NCBI GenBank assembly: GCA_021787535.1
Contig: JAJYLR010000001.1
Location: forward strand, 211,648 to 275,647
DNA: 64,000 bases
Source: a bacterium
Lineage (GTDB): Bacteria > Patescibacteriota > CPR2 > UBA1875 > JAJYID01
Direction: 5' to 3'
A program made the position numbers and the translations under genes. Below the pieces are notes generated by a model, which had not been told where the DNA came from, did not search any database, and saw only the letters and a list, made by a program, of their open reading frames with translations. Positions 1-7,525 of the stretch are shown here, piece by piece (within the stretch, counting starts at the first letter, position 1; each line of letters begins with the position of its first letter).

Positions 1-195
1 CGCTTAAAAGAGCTTGGCGAATCAAACTAGGGGTTGAGTGTGGATAATCCATTTCGCTTCTCATTATAATGTTTTTGTGCTATAATTTATCTCCCAAAAC
101 AAGGCAGCGGAGGGGTTTCGGCTGTTTTTGTTTTGGGTGTACGTTGTAACAATGCGACATAATCCAAAAATCCAAGATGGAAGTGAGGTGAAACG

Positions 196-1263
196 GTGGA
201 GTATACGGACAAAGAATTGCAGGCAAGAGAGATGCGCAAGTCGGATGAGAAGATCAAAGACATCATAACTGCAACGGACTTGTCTAAGGATCATATTAAG
301 GCTTGCACAAAAGACATCTGGGAGGCGAAACAAACAGAACGTTTAAGAAAGAAGCAAAAGGCCCAGGAACTTTTCAAACTCGGAGTTGCGAGAAAAGAAA
401 TTAGAGCTCAGCTTGAAATCGGCGAAAATGCTCTACGAAATTATCTTCGCGACTTCGTAGGACCTAAACTTGACTTTGATTCCTTGCGAGAAGAAGTCAG
501 AGAAGAGTTTGTAACGTTAGCGGAGAAGATTATGGCGGATCCGTCAGATCATCCTGGGACAAGTATTACTGCTGTAATTTCCAAGAAATTTCCAGAAGTA
601 TCCAAGGCCTTTATAAAAGATCATGTGAAAGATCTCTACAAAAGGCTTAAGTTTATAGACTGCAAAGAAGGAGATTGGACTGATCCCAAAACTGGCAAAA
701 GGTATGTCAACAAGCATTTTCTGGTAGAACACCTTGACTGGTGTGAAACGCAGGTATTCAAATGCTTGGCTAATGAGAGTGTAGGATATAAGGAATTCTA
801 CACTAACAGTAAAACAAGCCCTGTCAGCAGGTTTTATGGTTATGAGGAGCTGAAAGCTAAATCACCTCGGATCAGGGAGCGATTGGCAAAGATAGAGGAG
901 GTCACTGAAAAAATCTCTAGGGATGGTTCTCTAGAGAAGCTTCTCAAGACATACGAACCGCAACTGAAAGTTCTCTGCGTTATGCTGGATTGGCAAAACA
1001 GAGAGGGTTACTGGCCAAGTAACCGGCAGATTGCCGACTTTCTAGGTGAAACGGTAGGTGATGTAAAAAATCATGTAAATGGGCTTGTAAAAGCTGGTAT
1101 TATCACTGTGGAATGGGCATATAAGGGCGATGTGAAAAGTCAGAAGGTAGTAAAAGTTCATTCAGGACCTCCTTCGCTTATCACGGTACCAATAACTTGT
1201 CCTCATTGTGATCATGCTTTTCAAAGGGCCAGGGATTATGTTGAAAACGGGGCTGAGCCGTAG
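196..1263 (+). CDS. Hypothetical DNA-binding protein (N-terminal HTH-like segment, C-terminal LexA-type winged HTH, CxxC)
   Basis: GTG start after GAGGTG SD; GYWPSNRQIADFLG...VKNHVNGLVKAGII resembles the LexA DNA-binding domain; CPHC near C-terminus; no peptidase domain seen. Confidence 0.6.
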   Translation: MEYTDKELQAREMRKSDEKIKDIITATDLSKDHIKACTKDIWEAKQTERLRKKQKAQELFKLGVARKEIRAQLEIGENALRNYLRDFVGPKLDFDSLREEVREEFVTLAEKIMADPSDHPGTSITAVISKKFPEVSKAFIKDHVKDLYKRLKFIDCKEGDWTDPKTGKRYVNKHFLVEHLDWCETQVFKCLANESVGYKEFYTNSKTSPVSRFYGYEELKAKSPRIRERLAKIEEVTEKISRDGSLEKLLKTYEPQLKVLCVMLDWQNREGYWPSNRQIADFLGETVGDVKNHVNGLVKAGIITVEWAYKGDVKSQKVVKVHSGPPSLITVPITCPHCDHAFQRARDYVENGAEP

Positions 1264-1420
1264 AAATATTGGCGGTTCAGCCCCTAAGGGGCCAAAAAGA
1301 CCTCTTTTTTTTGTTAAAAATGTTATTGACCGGGAGCTTGGCTTTTCTATAAAATTGAAAGGTATAATAAATTTTAAAACTTTCCAAAGTTTGTATACTT
1401 TGGGGGTGAAAGGAGGAGAG

Positions 1421-1600
1421 ATGATAGAAGACATGATCAACCAGATTGGTCCGGATGACGACGAAGAAGAAATGACTGAAGAAATGCCGGAAGAAGAAGC
1501 AACAGAAGAAACAAGTGAAGAAGGGGAAGAAAATACTGACGGCGGAGAAGAAGAAGGAGAAGGCGAAGAAGAAGCTGAGGAATCTGAAGAGGAAATGTAG
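1421..1600 (+). CDS. Small highly acidic protein (59 aa)
   Basis: AGGAGG SD at 1411 before ATG 1421; Glu/Asp-rich ORF; terminator directly after. Confidence 0.7.
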   Translation: MIEDMINQIGPDDDEEEMTEEMPEEEATEETSEEGEENTDGGEEEGEGEEEAEESEEEM

Positions 1601-1606
1601 TTTCTT

Positions 1607-1640
1607 AAAAAAAATGGTCCCTCTCGGGCCATTTTTTTTG
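1607..1640 (+). terminator. Intrinsic terminator
   Basis: aaaaaaatggtcc-ctctc-gggccattttttt hairpin with T-tract. Confidence 0.7.
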
Positions 1641-1701
1641 TTATGTAAAACATATCCCTTTTTGCTATTTCATTTTAAGAATTTGTGATAAAATATGCCT
1701 T

Positions 1702-2139
1702 ATGCAAATTATACTGCGAAATTACAAGGACTCTGATTTTCAAGCTGTCAAACAAAATATTATAGACGGAGGCATTTTTGATCCTGTCCGAGATACCAGG
1801 GAAAATTTAAGAAAAAAAATTAAATATGATCCGGAATCCATTATCATCGCAGAAAAGGATGGTGAACTAGTCGGTAACGTTTTTTTCTTTGAAGACGGTT
1901 GGGCGGCCCACCTTTTCAGATTAGTGGTCAGAGAAGATTATCGCGGCAAGGGTGTGGCCCAAATGTTAATGAATGAAGCTGAAAGAAGATTAAGGGACAG
2001 GGGCATAAAACAGCAGATTATGTTTGTCAATGAAAAATCCCCTCGCTTAATCGAACACTACAAAAAACAAGGTTATAAGGCCATCGGAACATATAGATTT
2101 ATGAGAAAGGTATTTAATGGTGAAAATTATAACAGTTAA
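1702..2139 (+). CDS. GNAT family N-acetyltransferase
   Basis: LVVREDYRGKGVA acetyl-CoA motif; YKKQGY near C-terminus. Confidence 0.85.
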   Translation: MQIILRNYKDSDFQAVKQNIIDGGIFDPVRDTRENLRKKIKYDPESIIIAEKDGELVGNVFFFEDGWAAHLFRLVVREDYRGKGVAQMLMNEAERRLRDRGIKQQIMFVNEKSPRLIEHYKKQGYKAIGTYRFMRKVFNGENYNS

Positions 2140-2173
2140 GGAAAAATTAGATAATTATAATTAAAAGGATATT

Positions 2174-2608
2174 ATGGTAGAACCAAAATTATCAAAGTCT
2201 TCAAAAGGAGAACCAATGCATTTTTCTGTTGGTGCTCTTATCGAAAAAGATGGCAAATATCTACTGATAGATCGGATGAATCCTCCATTTGGATTTGCTG
2301 GTATAGGCGGACATGTGGACGAAGGTGAAGAGGACACTATTAAAGCTTTAAAAAGGGAGGTCAAAGAAGAGAGCGGACTTACAGCGACTAAGTGTACTCT
2401 GGTTTGTGAGGAAGAAATACCGGGCAACTTTTGTAAAAGAGGAATAAATACGCATTATTGGTATTTATATAAATGTGAAACGACTGGAGAGGTGGTTCAA
2501 AATACTAAGGAAACTAAGTCTATCGGTTGGTACTCACCGGCAGAAATGAAAAAACTAGAGCTTGAACCGGTTTGGGACTATTGGTTTAAAAAGTTAGAAA
2601 TTATATAA
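2174..2608 (+). CDS. NUDIX hydrolase
   Basis: GGHVDEGE...ALKREVKEESGL Nudix box. Confidence 0.9.
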   Translation: MVEPKLSKSSKGEPMHFSVGALIEKDGKYLLIDRMNPPFGFAGIGGHVDEGEEDTIKALKREVKEESGLTATKCTLVCEEEIPGNFCKRGINTHYWYLYKCETTGEVVQNTKETKSIGWYSPAEMKKLELEPVWDYWFKKLEII

Positions 2609-2765
2609 TGGCAAAATCGTTGTAACAAGTTACTGATATGGATATTTAGACTGAAAATTTTGATTTAATAGTTATAATATTGTAAAATATCTTATATTGA
2701 AGGGAGGAGAAATCCTCTTTTTTAAAAAGCACTTTCAAATCCTGCTACTTTAAAGGAGGCAGAAG

Positions 2766-3299
2766 ATGCCACACAAGATATCCGTTAGTTTATTAGAAAT
2801 CCTGAGCAAGGCACTCAATCCAAGCGGAAGAAAGGATGATATCGAAAAAACAGAGAAATTTTTGGAAGGTCGCCTGAAAGATCAAATGGTTTATGGTGAT
2901 GAACTCCATATCGCTGTCATATCAAATTTAATAAACTTTCGTTCTTTGGAAGGATTCAACAAGGACGAGATGACTTTCTCCTGGGGTTGGAACGAGCATT
3001 CGACGGATATCTGGCCTAGGAAAGGATGTATCATTCTCTGTAAAACGAGAGCTGTCGGAGATCCGAAGTGGATGCGCGGCATGCTGGAACCGTTTAAAAT
3101 TATCTCTCCGGAAGAATGGGAGACTGAGATTCAGAGACAGATTCCGAAAGCCAAAGCAAGGTGCCATGGAAAAGAGCTCTCAGACTGTGAGCTCAGGGAA
3201 GAGGCCAAGAAAATGGCGATAGCTGAGATCAACATGATGCACCACGGCTACGGCCAGATCATTCCGCTCTTTGTAGGTCCTTTTAAGGAAACGGATTAG
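2766..3299 (+). CDS. Hypothetical protein
   Basis: AAGGAGG SD, upstream TGTAAAAT, downstream terminator; no motif recognised. Confidence 0.65.
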   Translation: MPHKISVSLLEILSKALNPSGRKDDIEKTEKFLEGRLKDQMVYGDELHIAVISNLINFRSLEGFNKDEMTFSWGWNEHSTDIWPRKGCIILCKTRAVGDPKWMRGMLEPFKIISPEEWETEIQRQIPKAKARCHGKELSDCELREEAKKMAIAEINMMHHGYGQIIPLFVGPFKETD

Positions 3300-3321
3300 T
3301 CATATCACCTCAAAATATCAA

Positions 3322-3349
3322 AAAGGGCGGCGCTTTCGCGCCGCCCTTT
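3322..3349. terminator. Bidirectional intrinsic terminator
   Basis: aaagggcggcgc-tttc-gcgccgcccttt between convergent genes. Confidence 0.8.
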
Positions 3350-3357
3350 AACATTAT

Positions 3358-3825
3358 CTACTTTCTTTCCTTTTCTCTCAAATCCCTTTGAATATCGCGT
3401 TTGATATCTTTTCTCTTGATTGTTTCGCGTTTGTCGTGGAGCTTTTTGCCTCGGCCGAGGCCGATCTCTACTTTTACGAAACCTCTTTTTAAATAAACTT
3501 TAGTTGGTACAAGGGTCAGACCTTGGGTTTTAGATTTGCCGATGAGCGACGAGATTTCCGACCTTTTCAGAAGCAGTTTACGCGATCTGGTTGGCTCTTG
3601 TTCTATATTTGCCGCCTGTTTATAGGGAGAAATATGGGCATTCGTTAAAAACACTTCCTCGCCTTTGACGGTGGCGAAGGATTCCTTGATCGAAATCTGG
3701 CCCGCTTTGACTGACTTGACTTCCGGACCGGTCAGGACGATGCCGGCTTCATAAGTTTCCAGGATTTCATAGTCAAATCGGGCTTTTTTGTTTGTCGCTA
3801 TCACTTTCATGTTGGACATATTCAT
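3358..3825 (-). CDS. smpB: SsrA-binding protein SmpB (true start probably 3819)
   Basis: NKKARFDY, EAGIVLTGPEVKS, RKLLL, GKKLHDKR motifs. Confidence 0.97.
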   Translation of the reverse strand: MNMSNMKVIATNKKARFDYEILETYEAGIVLTGPEVKSVKAGQISIKESFATVKGEEVFLTNAHISPYKQAANIEQEPTRSRKLLLKRSEISSLIGKSKTQGLTLVPTKVYLKRGFVKVEIGLGRGKKLHDKRETIKRKDIKRDIQRDLREKERK

Positions 3826-3842
3826 ATTATACTATAATGTAT

Positions 3843-3910
3843 TGTCATCCTGAACTTGATTCAGGATCCAGATTTATTTATATAGATTCCGGATCAAGTC
3901 CGGAATGACA
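3843..3910. repeat. TGTCAT...ATGACA palindromic element (full dimer)
   Basis: tgtcatcctgaacttgattcaggatc ... gattccggatcaagtccggaatgaca; related copies at 43203 and 50746. Confidence 0.85.
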
Positions 3911-3917
3911 AAAAATT

Positions 3918-5594
3918 ATGAACGATGAACTGAAAAAATCTATTTATGAAGCGGTAAAAGCTCAGCAAAAAAGTTGCGGGTGCAGTTTTGATATTCCTGA
4001 AATCGAAATCGAAAATCCGAAAGATCCGAAGTTTGGGGATTTATCGACTAATATTGCGATGAAGATAGGCAAGATGCAGGGAAAGAATCCGATGGCGATT
4101 GCCGAGAATTTGGTGAAAGGACTGGATTCCCGCCTTCGCGGGAATGACAAAAAAGGGGGCCAGAATGATAAATTGGGCGGAATGATCAAGAAAGTGGAAG
4201 CGGTGAAGCCGGGATTTATCAATTTTTATTTCAGCCTTGATTATTATCAGGGAAAAGTTAGGGAAATTTTATCAGCTGGTCGAAAATATGCCGATTTAAG
4301 TATTGGAAAAGGGCAGAAGGTGCAGGTTGAGTTTATTTCGGCAAATCCAACCGGACCGCTGACGCTGGCAAACGGGCGAGGAGGTTTTAGCGGTGATGTC
4401 CTTGCTAATGTTTTCAAAAAAGCCGGGTTTAAAACTGAACGGGAATATTATGTCAATGACGGCGGAAATCAGGTAAAGGTTCTCGGGGATTCTATTTTAG
4501 CCGCAGCAAAACTAGTTCCTAACAAAGAAGATAATTACCGTGGCGATTACATTGAGAAATGGGCAAAAGAACATTATGGTGAATGTGCAGAGCTAAAAGA
4601 TAATTCATTTGAACTTGGCAAGATTGCCGCAAAAGATATTTTAGAAACCTTAATTCAGCCGGTTATTGGGAAAATGGGAATCGAGTTTGACAGCTGGTTT
4701 AGTGAAAAAGAGATGACCGGACGGGGTGAGGTAGATGAGACAATTCAGTTTTTAAAAGATAATCATCTGACAAAGTCTGAAGACGATGCTCTTTGGATGA
4801 AGACCACTGAGTTTGGTGACGACAAAAATCGGGTTTTGGTAAAAAAAGACTGTGAAAAGACATATTTTGCAAATGATATTGCCTATCACTACGACAAATT
4901 CGCGAAAAGGAAATTCGACAAAGTGATTGACCTCTGGGGTGCCGACCATCACGGTTATGTCGGTCGGATGCAGGCGGCTGTTGAAGCGATGGGCTTTGCC
5001 GGAAAGCTGGATATAGTGATTTTCCAAATGGTTCGACTCATAAAGGATGGTAAGGAATACAAGATGTCCAAGCGAAAGGGTACTTATGTGACCATAGATG
5101 AATTATTTGATCTCATTGGCATCAAAGATGCCGCCGATGTCGTCCGTTTCTTCTTCATTTCTAAGGGATTTGACACGCATATGGACTTTGATCTTGATCT
5201 TGCCAAAGACACTTCCGAGAAAAACCCGGTTTATTATGTGAAATATGCATCAGCTAGAGTGAATGGTATTTTGCGCAATGCAAAAGAAGATTTCTCTGCA
5301 GTAAATCTGAAATTAATTAAAGAACCGGCGGAACTTGACCTAATTAAAAAACTGTCAGAGTTGCCGGAGCTGGTAGAGCAAGTCGCCACCGATAAAAAAT
5401 ATCCGGTGCACAAGTTTACCTATTACATTACGGAAGTTGCGGAGAAATTCCACAGGTTCTATCACGACTGCAGGGTGATTTCGGACGACGCGGAACTAAC
5501 CAAAGCCAGATTGGCGCTTGTTGCCGCCACAAAGAATGTCCTGGAAATAACGGGAGAAGACATTCTCGGTATTGACATGCCGGAGAGGATGTAA
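3918..5594 (+). CDS. argS: Arginine--tRNA ligase
   Basis: VEFISANPTGPL, WGADHHGY, KMSKRKG, NPVYYVKYA, DMPERM C-terminus. Confidence 0.97.
   Translation: MNDELKKSIYEAVKAQQKSCGCSFDIPEIEIENPKDPKFGDLSTNIAMKIGKMQGKNPMAIAENLVKGLDSRLRGNDKKGGQNDKLGGMIKKVEAVKPGFINFYFSLDYYQGKVREILSAGRKYADLSIGKGQKVQVEFISANPTGPLTLANGRGGFSGDVLANVFKKAGFKTEREYYVNDGGNQVKVLGDSILAAAKLVPNKEDNYRGDYIEKWAKEHYGECAELKDNSFELGKIAAKDILETLIQPVIGKMGIEFDSWFSEKEMTGRGEVDETIQFLKDNHLTKSEDDALWMKTTEFGDDKNRVLVKKDCEKTYFANDIAYHYDKFAKRKFDKVIDLWGADHHGYVGRMQAAVEAMGFAGKLDIVIFQMVRLIKDGKEYKMSKRKGTYVTIDELFDLIGIKDAADVVRFFFISKGFDTHMDFDLDLAKDTSEKNPVYYVKYASARVNGILRNAKEDFSAVNLKLIKEPAELDLIKKLSELPELVEQVATDKKYPVHKFTYYITEVAEKFHRFYHDCRVISDDAELTKARLALVAATKNVLEITGEDILGIDMPERM
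4122..4186. repeat. Palindromic element half-copy plus two degenerate tails inside argS
   Basis: ctggattcccgccttcgcgggaatgaca read as LDSRLRGND; identical to intergenic copy 61176-61203. Confidence 0.85.
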
Positions 5595-5630
5595 GATAAT
5601 TCAAAGTTCTTACATAATCATAAGGAGAAT

Positions 5631-6791
5631 ATGTCCTTCCAAAGAACAAAAAATATTAATCTATCTCCTATTAAACAAATTGAATTAAAGGCCTCTCAAA
5701 TACCAGATGTCATTTCTCTAGCACAAGGTATACCTTCTTTTGATACTCCTGAAGTCATTAAGAAAGCTGCTGTAAAAGCTTTGAGTCGAGGTGATGTGGC
5801 GAAGTACTCATTGACACTTGGTCTGCCTGACCTTAGAGAAACGGTTGAAGAGAAATTGGCAAAAGAGGGGATGCTGTATGATTTCCAAAGTGAAATATTA
5901 GTTACAGTTGGTTCAATTGAAGCAATCACCGCTTCGCTAATAAGTATGATTAGCAAGAATAAAGACGAAATACTGCTTTTTTCTCCTTGTTATACTTCTT
6001 ATCAGGAGGCAGTCAAGGTAGCTGGAGGAAAGCCGGTCTTTGTTAACTTGGATGAAGATCGAGATTGGCAGATCGATATTGATAACCTCAAGAAAAAAAT
6101 ATCTTCTAGGACAGCGGCTATTCTCTTTGCTAATCCAAATAACCCAACCGGCTCGGTTTTTCCAAAGAAAGATCTAATTGTTTTGGGAGATCTAGCGTTA
6201 AAACATGATTTCTTCATCATTCTCGATGAAGTATACAAGGATTTTATTTATGATAATCTTCACTTCTTCACTCTTGCCTCTATTTCAAAATTGAGAGAAA
6301 AGATTATAAGAACATTTAGCTTTTCAAAGGCCTACGCTATGACTGGTTGGCGTATAGGATTTTTACACTCCGATGAGGAAAACGTGAAAGAAATCGTCAA
6401 AGTTCATGATACAATGGTCACTTGCGCACCGGTAATTTCACAATATGCGGCAATTGGTGCCTTTGATTATGCAGAGAGAGAAATAGATGAATTTCGTAAA
6501 AAGTTCACATCCAGGCGAGAGCTTGCTTGCAGGCACTTAGATAAGTTATCTAATTTTTTCAGCTATCAAAAACCAAGCGGATCCTACTTTGTATTCCCTA
6601 AACTTTTAAATGAATCCGATTCTTGGAAGTTTACTCTGGACCTTTTGGAAAAAGCACATGTGGCGGTGGTTCCCGGTGTTGCCTTTAGTCCAAGCGGAGA
6701 AGGTTATATACGGATCAACTTTGGAAGAGAAGAAAAAGATATTACAGCAGCATTTAAAAGGATAGAAAAATATTTAAAAAACAAAAAATGA
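5631..6791 (+). CDS. PLP-dependent aminotransferase class I/II
   Basis: NPNNPTG, DEVY, SFSKAYAMTGWRIG. Confidence 0.92.
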   Translation: MSFQRTKNINLSPIKQIELKASQIPDVISLAQGIPSFDTPEVIKKAAVKALSRGDVAKYSLTLGLPDLRETVEEKLAKEGMLYDFQSEILVTVGSIEAITASLISMISKNKDEILLFSPCYTSYQEAVKVAGGKPVFVNLDEDRDWQIDIDNLKKKISSRTAAILFANPNNPTGSVFPKKDLIVLGDLALKHDFFIILDEVYKDFIYDNLHFFTLASISKLREKIIRTFSFSKAYAMTGWRIGFLHSDEENVKEIVKVHDTMVTCAPVISQYAAIGAFDYAEREIDEFRKKFTSRRELACRHLDKLSNFFSYQKPSGSYFVFPKLLNESDSWKFTLDLLEKAHVAVVPGVAFSPSGEGYIRINFGREEKDITAAFKRIEKYLKNKK

Positions 6792-7525
6792 AAAGGCAAT
6801 CATTGAAAACCATAGTGCAGCAAATACTGAAATGGCAGGCAAAAGCGTATATTCGAGTTAAAGGGCCGATTGTTATCATTGTCGCCGGAACAAATTCCAG
6901 ATATTGGATAAAAGAAAAGGTGTTAGAGGGATTGAAAGAAAAAGGGTGTGATGCAAGAGCTAATAGGAAAAATTTTAATGCTGAAATAGGGCTTCCGTTA
7001 TCAATCTTGGGCTTAGAATCAGGTGAGGGAGACTTTTATAAATGGAGGAAGACTCTTATACAAGGATTTAAGAGGATATTTCAAGGGGTGTCTCGCGAGT
7101 ATTTGGTTCTAGAAGCAGCTATCGACCGCCCTGATGACATGAAATATTTGCTTGGTATCACTAAACCTCAGGTAGTTATTTTGACAACCATTACTATGAT
7201 ATATCAAGAAAACTTTGATGATCTCGATAGCATAGCTCAAGAATATAGGACTTTGGTTGCAGCAATTCCTACGGGTGGAAAACTTATACTTAATCGTGAT
7301 GATGAAAGAATTGTAAAATTATCGAGATATTTTCAAGGCGTAGTGATCACATATGGCTTTCATCAAGAAGCTGATTTTAAAGCCACTGAGGTTAAAAAAG
7401 AAATCGATGGACAACTCTTTCTATTAAACTCAAAAAATAAAAGATTTACTAAAAAAATACCTCAATTTGGCAAACATCACGTTTATGCTGAACTAGTGAA
7501 AGAGATTGTGCAAGAGATTATTTAA
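6788..7525 (+). CDS. Truncated Mur-ligase-like protein (central domain, degenerate P-loop)
   Basis: NFNAEIGLPLSIL, LVLE, LILNRDD, TYG typical of MurF-like central domain; ATGA overlap with aminotransferase. Confidence 0.7.
   Translation: MKRQSLKTIVQQILKWQAKAYIRVKGPIVIIVAGTNSRYWIKEKVLEGLKEKGCDARANRKNFNAEIGLPLSILGLESGEGDFYKWRKTLIQGFKRIFQGVSREYLVLEAAIDRPDDMKYLLGITKPQVVILTTITMIYQENFDDLDSIAQEYRTLVAAIPTGGKLILNRDDERIVKLSRYFQGVVITYGFHQEADFKATEVKKEIDGQLFLLNSKNKRFTKKIPQFGKHHVYAELVKEIVQEII

Noticed and set aside
39-47. Perfect DnaA box TGTGGATAA
   Set aside because: Single copy, no cluster and no dnaA in view; insufficient for an origin call
1162-1653. Ser-rich minus-strand ORF and the long 1208 start
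   Set aside because: Antisense shadow of the Glu-rich gene; the SD supports ATG 1421
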